A stretch of 64,000 nt of DNA, from assembly GCF_009914755.1 (NCBI RefSeq), contig NC_060938.1; one strand, 5' to 3'. Below, one piece after another: positions 17,502 to 32,977 of the stretch; position 1 is the stretch's first letter; each line of letters starts with the position of its first letter. A program made the translations under genes and the position numbers. The stretch is from the human T2T-CHM13v2.0 reference genome, Homo sapiens. Under the pieces are notes generated by a model. It did no database searches, was not told the DNA's origin, and saw only the letters and a list, made by a program, of their open reading frames with translations.

Positions 17502-18325
17502 TGAGTAGCTGGGATTACAGGCACCCACTACCGCACCTGGCTAATTTTTTTGTATTTTTAGTAGAAACAGAGTTTCACCATGTTGGCCAGGCTGGTCTTG
17601 AATTTCCGACCTCAAGTGATACACCCACCTTGGCCTCCCAAAGTGCTGGGATTACAGGCTTGAGACATCGAGCCTGTATTAGCCTTCTCCTTCCCTTTTG
17701 TCAACAATGCCTCCATAACTCTGAACAGTATAGAAATTCCTCTTTTGTAGATGCTCCTAGAACTTTCTCTAGAATCTCTACAAAACCTTCTGCCCTTAAA
17801 CAGGGGTTTAATTCTTTGAAAGGGCAAAATGTACTCCGAGCCACATCTGAGGAATGAAGCAGGCTGACCAAACTGGTGGAGCCCAGGTTTGATCAAACAC
17901 TATTTCACAGGACACATTTTCTCCCATGTCCTACAAACCAGCTCTGAGGGCACTTCCAGAAGGGGAAGTTTCCATTTTGTCCCTGGTCACTTATTGGAAT
18001 CAGGGATCCTCTTCCAGGGCACTTTCTCTGACAAACAACACTCACGCAGACATGGACATTTCAGGGCTTTGTTTAAGGACTATCTTGCCACTCCAAAGCT
18101 GTAAATCATCTGTCAGATGCAGATGCCATTTGAGAGTGGAGCTGAACTGGCAGCAGGTGACAAGCCACCAGCACTCAACAAAAACATCCCATCAAAATTA
18201 CCCAGGAAACTTACAAGTCAATTTACAAGCTCTAAAATACCCGAACTATCCCAGTCCAGGAGCAGCACTGAGAACAAACTGGAAGAGACAAAACTTCCTG
18301 ACTTTGGCTTGGGTGGAAGGGGTAG

Positions 18326-18772
<447 letters not shown>

Positions 18773-19004
18773 TGAAGGGGGCAGGTGGACAGAATGGATT
18801 ATCCCACCCGGACTCCTCCACCTGCTAGCGTATGACCAAGGGCAAGTTACTAAAGCTCTCTGGGTCACAGTCTCTTCACCTGCAGAATGGACACAACAGT
18901 AGCCACCCAGTAGGATTGCTTGGAAAATCAAATTATGTCAAATGCATGAAGTGCTTAGAAGGATGCCTGGTATAGAACAAGCACCTGCTTATTATAGACA
19001 TAGT

Positions 19005-19341
19005 TTCTTTCCAACTGCTGGTAAGGATATCAAGACATCCCTGCGGTCAGGATGGCTATTTGGCAGCTCCAGCCAAAGAGAGACACTTCAGTCCTTTGTT
19101 TCTAATGGTAACTTGCCCCCGACTCATGTTTTCTTAGATTATCTCTGGCAATCACAGGAGGCAGAGGTAAAGCTGTTCTTTCCAACAGCTGGTAAGGATG
19201 TCAAGACATCCTTGTGGTCAGGATGGCTATTTGGCGGGTTCAGCCAAAGAGAAACACTCGAGTCCTTTGTTTCTAATGATAACTTGCCCCCAACTCATCT
19301 TTTCTTAGATTAGCTCTGGCAATCACAGGAGGCAGATGTAA
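19005..19341 (+). repeat. 171-bp tandem duplication, two copies, ~91% identical
   Basis: Copies start at 19005 and 19176; about 15 substitutions and no indels by manual alignment. Confidence 0.95.
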
Positions 19342-20012
19342 CAGTGGAAATACAAAATCAGAGAATAGTAGCGCCGAAAGGGATGTTATTGCTCCTCTAG
19401 TCCCATTGTCTTGCAGAACAGTGCTCAGACCCTGCTTTGGTGTTTCCACAGCGGGCCTCTCACCCTGCAGTGGGGGCAAGGAGCCTGCTGCTGGCCGCAG
19501 AGCGGTTACTACCTGGGGAGCAGGCGTGGGGATGCTGCTCTGCCAATGCACGTTCTGCAGGGTGTGTCCCCGGGCTGCTTCCTGCCCCCAGTGGGTCTGC
19601 TCTGTGCCTCAGTTTCTAGAACTAAATAAAAGAGCTCCCACATGAAAATTGTTATGTGAAAAATTCTAGAAGACAAAGCGGTGTCCAGTATTTGTACAGG
19701 TAAGATGACTTCAGATGGAACCAAGGCAAACCTGTTTTGCAAGGGGAGCAGGGTGCTCCAGTGAACAGGAATGGAGCTGTCTGATGCAAAGTGGGGACCC
19801 CACCTCTTGTTTTAAAGACACACAGAAAAAGAATCTTGGAGACCAAACATGCAGAGTCCAACATAGCCCTTCCCCTCAGGGGATCAACAATCTCATTGGA
19901 AAGATGGGATGGCTACAGTGACGACCCACAGAACATAGAAAGTTTCATATGGCCAGGCACGGTGGCTATGCCTGTAATCCCAGCAATTCGGGAGGCCAAA
20001 GCGGGTGGATCA

Positions 20013-20246
<234 letters not shown>

Positions 20247-20874
20247 TCATGTGATAAATAATAAATAAGTGACAGAGGCAGAAAATGTAGTCAGAATCCA
20301 AATAAGAGATCAACGTAGGATTCGGCAACCAGAAAAGGATGACTTCTTGGAAGAGATGGGAGTGGGTAAGGGCCTTGAAGAATGTCAAAGATTGAGGTGA
20401 GCCACAGAGAGTGGGAGGGTGTTCCGGCAAGAGGCTCCTGCCAGCAAAGGTGCTGAGGTGGAACCGCACACAGCATGTTCAGGGGACACTAACACATGAC
20501 TCCAGGTTCATAGAGGAGCCCAAGAGGCAAAGCTGGCAAGGGAGGCTGGGCTGCAAGTGGCAGCCCTCAGATTTTAGGCTCTGAGTTCGAGTTTGATTCC
20601 ATCGGGAACAGGGGGCCGGTGAGAGCTGCTGGGCAGTGGATGTGATGCGAATCCAGCAGGATTGAGGAGTTCTGGCAATGGGGAGTGAATTGAAGAGGGT
20701 AAGAAAAAAGAGTAGGAAACCAAACAAGCACACTATTGTAGCACTCTAGATGTGGAATGATGGCTTGGCTGAGAATAACAATGGAATTGAAGGGCAGATG
20801 TAAGAGCTATCATTATGGAAACATCTCTAGGACTTGGCGAATGGTTGGATATGTGGGGGTGTGTATTGCATGCA

Positions 20875-20877
<3 letters not shown>

Positions 20878-20917
<40 letters not shown>
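20878..20917 (+). repeat. (GT)n microsatellite
   Basis: Visible directly. Confidence 0.95.
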
Positions 20918-20918
<1 letters not shown>

Positions 20919-22170
20919 GGGATAGGAAGGCCTGTGATGATAAAAGAAACCCAAAGATAACCCAAGATTTCAAGGCCAAGGGACTGAAGGAAAGATTGCC
21001 AGAGGCAGGGAAGTGCAGATGGGGAAAGTGCCTGCCACCTGGCCCTTACTGTCTCTCCACGTTCTAGCCCCACTGGATTGCTTCCGGATCCTCTTTGCAT
21101 CAGCTCTCCCTTCACTGCAGGCCTGTGTACGGTCAGGGCAGGTCCTTCCACCTGGAACACTTTTCTTCTTGCCCTCTGGGTCTCGCTCATTCCTACCCGT
21201 TCTCAGGTCTCTACACAATGTCACTTCCTGGGGAAACCCTTCTTGGATTCCCTGGTCAAGAGCGAACGCCCTTCGTGTTCCCGAAGCCCTTGGCTTCACC
21301 CTTGCATTGCAACCTGTGAACTCTTCCAGGGCAGGGCTGTGTGGGGTCTTAGTAGTAGCACCTACCAAAGTAGCTGGGCAAGGTTCTTAGTTGCTGGCCA
21401 CAGAATTTACTCCAACTAGGCTAAGCACACGGGGGTTTATTACAGGAGAGAGATCAAAGAAATGTCAGGAGGGCTGAACAAACAGACTCTTGTTAGATTC
21501 CAGAAATGGCTCTCAAAGCACCCCAACTGAGTTGCCAAGAGTTGCTGCTTCTGCTATAATCAAGAAGCTGCATGATTGCGGAATGCCCCGCTCAGTCATG
21601 AAGCAACCACAGCCGCTGCCCACCACCTGCCTCTCTCAAATCAGACACAAGCCTCACACTTACATCTCAGGCAGGTGCTTGGCAAAGGCCATCCATTCTG
21701 ACCCCCAGCTGCAAGGGGACTTGGGGAATGTCGCTTTCAGCTTTCCAGGCTCTGCATGGATGAGAAGCCTGCTGTGAAGAAACAGCAGTGGGTGCCGAGG
21801 GCTCACCCATGGCATCTGCCATAGCGCTCAGCAGCAGTGTGCTGCTTCAGAGCACGAGGTGCACTTTGGATGTGTTGATTGAAGTGCCGGTGGGGTGTCC
21901 AGCAGCTGTGGAGGATGGAGAACTGGAAATGTAGCTTTGGGAGGCACTCCGGAAGGGTGGGAGGCCGTGCACTCCAGAAAGGGAAGTGTGGGGAACAAAG
22001 AGCAAGGGCCCCAGGGCTGAACCCTGAGGAAATGCTTCGTGAGAAGGACGTTGCCAGAAATAGCTATCGATACAGTAGGACGCTGTCTGGGAGTTTCTGA
22101 GAGTGAGAGGAAGGGGGGGGGGTGGCGGGGGGAAGGGGGGTGGCGGGGGAGAAGAGAAAAAAAGTACTTA

Positions 22171-22581
<411 letters not shown>

Positions 22582-22840
22582 TTATAATGACATTGAAAAG
22601 GTGTTCATATGTGAACAGTGGGTTCTGTAAAACAATAGGTTTAGTAGAAAGATGAGAGATTAGATAGATAAATGTTATACAGATAGATAGAAGTTAGACA
22701 GATTGATGTCAGATAGATAGTTAAAAAGATAAAAGGGTCCACACCAAGATGTTACCTCTGTGTGGTGGTATTGGATTTATGGGTGATTTTTAAAATTTTC
22801 TCCTGCTAATCTAAAATTGCCTTGCAATGTGAGTAATAAT

Positions 22841-23092
22841 ACACTTGATCCTTGAACAACACAGGTTTGAACTGTGCCATTTCATCCACTTTTATGTATT
22901 TGGATTTTTTTCAATAAATACAGTCAGCCCTTCGTACCTGTGGGTTCTGCATATGCAAATGTGGATCCAAAATACAGTATTTGAGGAATGAGAAACCCAC
23001 GGATATGGAGGGCCTGCCTTTTCATATTGGTGGATTTTGGTATCTGAGGGGGTCCTGGAACCAATCCCTTGCACATATCAAGGGATGACTAT
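22841..23092. mobile_element. TcMar-Tigger MITE (MER8-like)
   Basis: Terminal inverted repeats cacttgatccttgaacaac / atcaagggatgact flanked by TA. Internal ggggtcctggaaccaatccc. Confidence 0.7.
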
Positions 23093-23348
23093 ATTTTTTA
23101 AATGAAAAAAATGAAATATCCTTTTAAAAATATTCTAACAAAGTATGTTTCCATATGAGCATTGAGGTGAAACTGTGAGAATCCTAGGAATTCGTAGAGC
23201 CAAACCGTCACATTATACAGCTGTGATTTAACCTTTTGATCTCTGAACATCCGCGCGCCATCCACAGCACACCGTCTATACCAGTGTTAACAGATTGCGT
23301 TTGTAGATAATGATCACTGTCCCATCCTCGTGGCACTGCGGTGCCTGA

Positions 23349-23807
<459 letters not shown>

Positions 23808-24607
23808 TGAGTGTGAGTGTGAGTTTGTGTGTCAGAGAGAGGGGAGAGGAGGAGAAGGAGCAAAAGAGCTTGTGAGCACTTCCTAGAGCTTCCTGGGACA
23901 GGCTATGGGACACTCCCCTCATTTATCTAGACCCAGAGGGGAACCTAAGACCTCCCTCAACCCCTGCTGAAGTCATTCCTGTGCTGTGGCTTGATGCCAC
24001 CAGTGACCCGAGATGCCACTCAGAGACACATGTTCTATCTTGAGGTTTTTCTCCCCATTGCATTTCACTACTGGGCAGATAACAAAGGGAGTGAGAGAGG
24101 AGACCACATCCCAAAGTCCCAACATTTCCACCTTAGGAATCATTTTCCTGAAATCTCACATTCCTCTCGCTCCCCATGTAATAAAGGTACTGAAAGCCCC
24201 CTGTAATGCATACTTGAAGGGGTCTATCATCAGAGCGTCCCAGGAGAGACTTGGGCCCTGCAGGAATAGGACTCCAGAGGAGAAGTTCCCGGGGCCCAGG
24301 CAGGGACGGATAAGGCAGTCAGTGCCCGGTGCCCAGGCCGGGGGTGAAGAGGCTGGCCAGGACTCAGCAGCAGGAAGTGAGAATGAACTTCACAGGATGC
24401 AAAGGAGAGTCCTGTTCCCTCCCCTGGTCACTCGCTCCACCTGACTCTGATCTCCTCCTGCCTTATTGCCCCCAAAAAGGGGAGGCCCTTTGGAGTCTGG
24501 ACAATGACCCATGGGCAGGGAGCTTTTTCCAGCCCCTCCATGCTGTGGAATCAGTTTTCCCTGAGCTCTCAATCAGATGCCCTCCATGGTCCCAAGAGTG
24601 AGGCATT

Positions 24608-25023
24608 GTGTGGGGTGTGTGTGTTGGGGGGGGTGGTAGGTGTGTGGGGTGTGTGTGTGTGTTGGGGAGGTGGGGTGTGTGTGTGGTAGTGTGGGGGTGT
24701 GTGTGTTGGGGGTGGGGTGTGTGTGTGCGTGTGGTAGTGTGTGTGTGGGGTGTGTGGGTGTGTTGGGGGGTGGGGTGTGTGTGTGTGGGGGGGGTGTGTT
24801 GGGGGGTGGGGTGTGTGTGTGGGGGGGTGTGTGTTGGGGGGATGGGGTGTGTGTGTGGTAGTGTGGGGGTGTGTGTGTGTTGGGGGTGGGGTGTGTGGTG
24901 GTGTGTGTGGGGGAGTGTGTGTGTTGGGGGTGGGGTGTGTGTGTGTGTGGTAGTGTGTGTGGGGGTGTGTGTTGGGGGGGTGGGGTGTGTGTGTTGGGGG
25001 GGTAGTGTGTTTGGGGGGGTGTG
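24608..25023 (+). repeat. G/T-only low-complexity repeat (GGGG(TG)n units)
   Basis: Visible directly. Confidence 0.95.
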
Positions 25024-25053
25024 CCTAGGGAGGGGTGAACAGAGTTCTATTAA

Positions 25054-25476
<423 letters not shown>

Positions 25477-26793
25477 TGAGGTGAGAGGAGCCGTAGGGGT
25501 GTGTACCAGGCGCCCTTGCAGCCCAAAGAGGAAGTGTCGCTCAGGCGGGAGGCGGCAATGTTTCAGCCGAGTCTGGCAAGACGGAGACCTAGACAGAGGG
25601 CGGAGGCACACAAGCACCAAATGCTAACGGTGTGTTAGGGACTACAGGTCCCGCTACTCTGCCATGGCTTGGCAAGTGAGGGATGCTGTATCTTAGACTG
25701 AACTCCTTGAAGAGAGAGGACCGGTCCATGATGACGGTGATGCCAGTAAGCAACCCATAATAAGTCCCCGCCACATGCCTGTCCTCTCCACTTGCCCAAT
25801 AGGCACGCTCTGCAGCCTCACGGTGCCCCATGGCAATGCTGCCATCACCCCACTTAGCAAGTGATGAAACAGAGCTCTAGAGAAGTGCAGCAAAGAAGCC
25901 AAGTTCACCGGGTGCAGTAGCCCATGCCTATAATCCCAGCACTTTGGGAGGCTGAAACAGGAGGATCACTTGAGCCCAGGAGGTCGAGACAAGCCTGGGC
26001 AAGATAGCAAGACCCCCGTCTCTACTAAAAACCAAAAAAACACATTAGCTGAACATGGCAGTGCATGCTTGAAGTCCCAGCTACTTGGGAGGCTGAAGTG
26101 GGGTGATTACTTGAGCTCAGGAGGCAGAGGCTACAGCCAGCCGAGATTGCATCACTGCACTTCAGCCTGGACGACAAAGTGAGACCCTGTCTCAAAAATA
26201 AAAAAGAAAAGAAAAGCAGCCAAATTCTCGCAGCTGGGAAGGGCAACTCTGGCCGAGACTCCAGGCCTGAGGGGTCCACACCTGTTCTGTCTCTCACTGC
26301 GTTAGACCTCCCAGCCCAGACGAAGGACACAGTTGCCCCTGCCAAGCCTGGGTCTGCAGCTGAGCTCCCATCTGTCTTGGTGGCCCTGTGGCTGGCCTGT
26401 GTTCTTAAGAGCTTCTGTGGAGCAAGGCCTCCCATCCGGCCCTGCCCCACGAGCCTTCTCCCAGTACCTCTTTCCTTCGCTCCACTCAGCGTCGTCCACG
26501 TGGAGAAACCGCGATGCAGACAAGAAAGGCAGCCAGACCCAGCTGCAAGCCCTGCTCTGCGGAACAAGGCTGCGGCTGTGCGCGGATCTCCTCTCCCTTT
26601 AAAATGAGGAGATAACCGCGGCACCTGGGAGGGGGCTGCAAGGAGTGAGTGGGGGAAATGCACACAGCGGCTGGCACAGGGGGCGTCACTCGGTAGGGAC
26701 ACTGGCATCCAGCAAGAGGGCGCCAAAGGTGGCTCAGGCCCGCCCTGCTACCACCGGGCCTCCCACTCCTGTGCTGCTCAGCGGCCTGTCCCT

Positions 26794-26875
26794 GTGCCTC
26801 CTCACCTGCCCCGTGCCTCCTCACCTGCCCCGTGCCTCCTCACCTGCCCCGTGCCTCCTCACCTGCCCCGTACCT
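26794..26875 (+). repeat. 19-bp minisatellite GTGCCTCCTCACCTGCCCC x4 perfect copies plus a partial copy
   Basis: Copies start at 26794, 26813, 26832 and 26851. Confidence 0.95.
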
Positions 26876-27267
26876 AAAGTGGCACCTCTTGTTCCTGGGG
26901 AAGCTGATGGCAAGTGCCCATCTCAGAGGCTCCAGACCAGGTTCCACGTCCAGCAAAGTCCCCAGGTTTGCAGGCAAGGTCACATGGCCATCGAGAGACA
27001 GAACTGGGGTCTGGGTCCCTGAGTCTCAGCGCCTGAGCAGGAGCCCTTGGGGCCACTTCAAATTGCCCTTCAGATCACACACTGCCGCTTTATCAGCTGT
27101 GATTGAAGAGCAGAGTTTTAATTTTTATTGTTGCATGATCCTTTTCATTTTTGTTTTATGTTACAAATAATATCTCATTGTAAAAATTCTAAACCCGGCT
27201 GGGCGCGGTGGCTCACGCCTGTAATCCCAGCACTTTGGGAGGCCGAGGCTGGTGGAGCACGAGGTCA

Positions 27268-27484
<217 letters not shown>

Positions 27485-27850
27485 CTAAAAAAAAAAAAAA
27501 AGAAAAGAAAAAAAATTCTAAACCCACAGAAGTATAGCAAGGAAAAAAAATGAAGGTCCATTTTTATCTCCCTCCATAGTTTACTCTGCCTCCCCAAAGG
27601 GCTCTTGCAAACGATCTTAGGTGCACATGTGCATGCCTTTCCCACATACTTATAAGTGTGTGTGTGTGCACACGCACACACATGCACACATGTGTAGTGG
27701 GGGAGATATAATGGTTAACAGCATGACCTCTAAGGCCAGAGATGGGTTTACAAATGGTCTCCTTTGGATTTAAGCCTGTCTTAACATTCTCACCCATCAG
27801 CCATGAGGCTGTACGGGTGCTCAGCATCTTTCCCTTACCTTTCGTACCAG

Positions 27851-27875
27851 TTTCTTGAACACGATGAAGCCATAG
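27851..27875 (+). CDS. LRRC74A: LRRC74A terminal coding exon (SFLNTMKP*), followed by a ~150-nt 3' UTR
   Basis: Pyrimidine tract plus cag acceptor at 27848-50. Phase 2 matches the previous exon. TAG at 27873-75, AATAAA 130 nt later. Confidence 0.85.
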
Positions 27876-28004
27876 CAACAAGTCTGGTCTAGAAAGAAGT
27901 CTCGGCGAGAGGAGTCCTCGCAAGTCGGATGGTGGCAGGGAGGAGAGCAAGAGGTGGCTGAAATCTCGATGGACAGATGCTGTGGCAGGGGCTGGGCACA
28001 AGCA

Positions 28005-28050
28005 AATAAAGTCTGGCTTGGTTCTGGGTGTCTTGGGCTGCTGGTGGTGT
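28005..28050 (+). terminator. Polyadenylation signal AATAAA (28005-28010) with downstream GU-rich element
   Basis: Canonical hexamer after the stop codon, followed by gttctgggtgtcttgggctgctggtggtgt. Confidence 0.8.
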
Positions 28051-29684
28051 GCCCGTCACCAGGGGGCCACCTTCTGCTTTTAGTGACCACCAGGGGACAT
28101 GTCAATGCAGCCTCATTAAGAGCTGCACAGACAAATTGGGAACGTGATGGGGTTGCTAGGCAGCAGGGAAAGAGCCTCAGGGAGCAGGTCAGAGCATGAG
28201 GGCAGTTGTCACAGTGATTAGAACCTGAGTCCAGGGGAGACTTCCTTGGTGGGAGGCAGTGACAGGGGGAACAGATGCTGAGGGAATGAGGGCAGGGGCC
28301 TTTAAAAAGCAAAGAAATGCTGTGGGGTCACAAGGAGGGAGCCAGGACAGGAGACCAAGAGAGTGGGCATCTCATCCTGGCCACATGACCTTGGATCCCC
28401 AGTGGCTCCCCTTGAAAATGGAGCAGCTGAAATAAAGCCTTCCCAGTCCGGTCTAGGAGTCTATCATTCTGCATTTCACCTTTAAATTCCTTGAGAAACT
28501 GGGGAGACAGGAACAGCTTAGCGAAGGAATAAAAGGAATAGCCAAGAACAGCATTCACTGATTAAGTGGGTGGAACAGGCACCTTTGGGAGTTTTGATTG
28601 ATCTTACCAGACACCATTGTAGATTAGCAAGGCAGGAACTTTCTTGTGCCCCTCTGCAGCCCCATGTAGTGCTTGGCACATAGTAGATGCTCAATAAACA
28701 CCTGTGAAATGAACGAGCACATTCACCGGTGATTGTTTGGGGTAAGTGGTGGAAAGTTGGGAAAGTTTAGGGGGCGAGGGAAGGCTGATATTTGGTAACC
28801 CACGCTTTGGCGCAGCAGCGAAGGGTCTAGGAACCAAGTCACTATCTCTTGTGTTTCACTTGGCTTCACCAAGGGTGGAGGTGAACACCAAGACCCCTCT
28901 GCACATGCAGCGGAATTATTGGAAATAATTTATGTCCCCACTCATGTGCCGTATTCCCCCCCTTTCTCTTCCTTATTAAAATCTTAGCCTTTATGAGGTT
29001 TAGGGCCAGGATAGAAGTTTCTAGCAAGACTCATCCCTCCCTAGTACACATTTCCCCCAGCCTAAGCTCACTGGTGAAAACAGAACTGAGGAGAAGAGTG
29101 AGAAGGGTGGGTTACAGCAGCCCTCAGAGGAGCTTCCCCAGCACTGCCGGGAGGAGAGGGAGGTCTTCAAGTCCGGCAGGACCTCAGAACAAGTAGCTGA
29201 GCTGTGCCCTGGAGGCTGACTCTTGGTCTGGGCTCCCAGCCTGGCAGAGCTCCCCTGCCCCAAACATAGCATGAGGGCATCAGAGCAGCAGCTCTGTAGG
29301 GACCCCCTGGGTTGGGACCAATGACCCCCAGCAATAATCAGTGTGGACTGGTGAGCAATAGGTAGAGGGCCTCTCGGGACAAGTGGGCACCACAGAGCCT
29401 CAGTGGCACCACCCTGAGCATGTTCCTGAAATGGAATTTCCATCAACGGGGTGGATTAGGGGCTCAGAGTCAAAATGAGGATGATAAAAGGAATATAAAG
29501 AAATGCAAAGGCCAGACGCAGTGGCTCATGCCTGAAATCCAGCACTTTGGGAGGCCAAGGCAGGCTGATCACCTCAGGTCAGGAGTTCGAGACCAGCCTG
29601 GCCAACATGGTGAAACCCCATCTCTACTAAAAATACAAAAATTAGCCAGGCATGGTGGCAGGTGCCTGTAATCTCATCTACTCA

Positions 29685-29789
<105 letters not shown>

Positions 29790-29949
29790 TCAAAAAAAAA
29801 AAAAAAAAAACAAAAAACAAAGAAAAGAAAAGAAAACGAAATGCAATAAGGAGTCTATGGGCTGAAACATCTACCATAACATCGGGTGCTCTGTAGACAT
29901 CTGCTCTATCTCCCCGAATAAAGTGAAGTCCTTGTCGTCTGGGATCATG

Positions 29950-29986
<37 letters not shown>

Positions 29987-30696
29987 AGAAAGAGTCTCAC
30001 TCTGTCACCCAGGCTGGAGTGCAGTGGCGTGAACACAGCTAACTACAATCTCTGCCTTCCAGATTCAAGCAATTCTCATGCCTCATCCTCCCGAGTAGTT
30101 GGGATTACAGGCTTGCACCACCATGAGCAGCTAATTTTTTGTATTTTTAGTGGAGACAGGGTTTCCCCATGTTGGTCAGGTTGGTCTTGAACTCCTGACC
30201 TCAAGTGATCTGTCTGCCTTGGCCTCCCAAAGTGCTGGGATTACAGGCGTGAGCTGCCGTGCCTGGATGGGATCATGTCTTTTAAATCTCTTATAATCCA
30301 TAAAATTCTCCAAGTTCCCTGCCTGTAACTGAGTGCCCAGGTGCAACCCTGAGGGTTATGTGTGGGCAAGAAGGAGAGGCTATGAAGTAGCAAAATGTGT
30401 GATGGACAAGTTATAAATTTGTAATGCTTATGGATCAATAAAAACACATTTTTTCAAGATAATTTTGTTCTCATCTTTTGCATAAAATGGAAAAGGCAGC
30501 AGTTGTTCTTATCAAATCTTATTTTTGTTTGGGTGGCTTTGGCGAAATGATGGAGATTACAGGGAAGTTAAAATCTCCCCCACACCCCACCCCAACCCTC
30601 CAGGCCACCCCTTGACACTCAAGTAAGAGATGGGTGGCCAAGCCCATCTGCCTCAGCGGCCCTGGGAGCCTCCAAAGGTGGAGTAATTCCCACTTG

Positions 30697-30713
30697 TGGC
30701 CGCTAGGTGTCAG
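30697..30713 (+). promoter_or_regulatory. Candidate CTCF motif TGGCCGCTAGGTGTCAG
   Basis: Close match to CCASYAGRKGGCRS. Motif only, no binding data. Confidence 0.4.
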
Positions 30714-32977
30714 GTCAGCTCCAAAAGTCATCCGGAGAATTGTGCTTTGCCTTCTCCTAAACTTGGGGTCTTAGCAAGTTTCTCTGATCTCCCAAACTTC
30801 TGCCCCTGAGGAACGCCAACTTGGAATCTGAGCCTCGAAAGGTCCAGCAGCCCAACCCCTGGGCAGACCTCTCCAAGGCTCCGTGTCCTCATTGTGACCA
30901 TCTTGCACCCTTGTGAGGAAGAAAATCAGGCACCCAGGAAGAGCTCCATGAATATTTATTCATCTTCTCCAGTCAGCCCGCCCTGAAGCTGGGCAGACCG
31001 CAGAGAGGAGTCCTGCTCCATGAGGACAGGACTGCACAAGCGCTTTGTCAGTTTGGCAGGTCAGGAGGCTGGCAGGCAGGAGGACCCCAGCAGCAGCTGC
31101 AGCTTTCCCATGGAGGACGAGGCAGAGGTAGAGGGGCCTTGCAGGAGCAGGAGGGGCGTCAAGGTCAAAGATGGCTCAGAGGCGCTGGCCCAGCCTTCAG
31201 AGGTGGTCAGGCTGCAACCCAGAGAGACGGCACCCTGTGCTTGCTGTCCTTCCATACCCGACTCAATGCGGCTTCATGCACTCACTCCTAGCATCCTTAC
31301 AGTGATTCTGCATAGTGAGCACTGTAGAATCCCCATTTTGCAGCCAGGGAAACGGGGGCGGAGGGGGGCGTGTGGAGAATTTAAGCATTTTGCCCAAGGT
31401 GCCCCAGCCAGTAAGTAGCAACGCCAAGATCCAGGCCCTGGCAATACAGCTGTGGCTCCCTGAGGGCTTAGCCACGTTGCCTCCCCGCCCCTCTGCCAGG
31501 CTGGACTGGCTAACGGAAGGCGGCGAAGGCTGAGATGGTGCTCTGTGTGGCCAAATTCTCAAGGGCAAGTTGATGCCCTCTCCCCACCAGCTGCATGGCT
31601 CAGAAATTGTGCTGGGAGCAGGTGGGAGAAGCGGAGTGTGGATATCTGTGTACTAGAACTATGAAGGGATTAAGCCTGCGAATTCTGGCATTTGACACTC
31701 CTGGGTTTGAATTCTGTTTGGCTTCACCAATTACCATCTCTGACTCTGAGCAATTCATTTATCCTCTCTGAATCTCAGTTTGCTCATCTGTAAACAGGAA
31801 TGTTAGTGGTACCACCTCCTCTATAGGGTGTGTCCTCTGTGGCTGGAGCAGATGGAAAGAAGGAAAGCATGGTGGAAGTGAGTTCAGAGGGAATGTGTTC
31901 AGGTCAGGTGGGGGCTTGAAGGCCATCAGAGAACATGGCTGTGAAGATTTAATGAAATCACACACATGAAACACCAAGCCCAAGGCCTGGCATACAGTAA
32001 GTGCCTAATATAAGCATGCCCTCCTTACAGTGGTGTTCCACTCCTGAGAGGGAGAGGTATGGGGAGCTGGAGGACCAGCAGAGCACAGGAGGGACCAAAC
32101 TGAACAGCTATCTTTGAAACACCCAACTAATAGGTGTTGGAAATACCATGGGGGGTGTTCCAATCTCAGGCCATGGCTTCAGGCTGGCATTAAAACAGAA
32201 GAATTTGTCCATGGTCTTGGAGGGTGGGGTGGGAAGACCAGGGGCCAGCAGCACTGGGGGGTGTGGTGTGGGCAGCGCAGTATCATAGGCCTGAAAGAAC
32301 AGGAGACAGAGAGACATCCGGCATTTTTTTTTTTTTTTTGGCTTCCCACCTGGGCTGAAAAATGCCCTACCTTACAAGTGTTGGGGAAGGCAGCTGGGAC
32401 ATAGGATTATGCCTACCCAGATAGCCACTCCAAATACAGGAGCTGGCACCAAAGAACCAAGGGCTACAGAGAATTCCCTGTGGTAGCTGCAACGTTGAAG
32501 TTCAGTGGAGTTCCCGGGGCAGCAGTGGTAACGGTGCAGGGTGTCATTCATGGTCCCGGGCCTGCAGGTTCACGATGCAAACTGCAGCCTCTGGTGTCTG
32601 ACTATGGTGGCAGCTGTGGTGTCCTCAGGCGACCAGGCCTGCCTTGCCAAGTGGGGGCTTGGGATTTGTTTTGTTTTGTTTTAAACAAAAGAACACAATG
32701 ACTGGCAAGGCCAGCCTGTGCCCTAAACACGAACTCCTGCCCAGTGGCCTTGAACCATTCTTCAAGAAGCAGGTGTCCTGGAGGGGAGGGAACCCAAGGG
32801 CAGCTGGGGTGAGGCTGCCCCAGGCCCGGGAGCTCCTTTTATGGAAGGTCATCCAGGGAACCCTCAGAGGGCTTTGGCTTGTGTTGCCACCACCCTAGGC
32901 AGTCTGTGGATGAAACAGAGTGACTGGCTAAATGCTGTGGGGTCCAGGCTACCTGAGACATGATTTGTGCTTGTGTG

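Noticed and set aside
19005-19341. Alpha-satellite, suggested by the 171-bp period
   Set aside because: No resemblance to the alphoid consensus or CENP-B box; the length match appears coincidental.
26794-26875. CRISPR-like array
   Set aside because: Contiguous repeats without spacers in a eukaryotic intron; it is a minisatellite.
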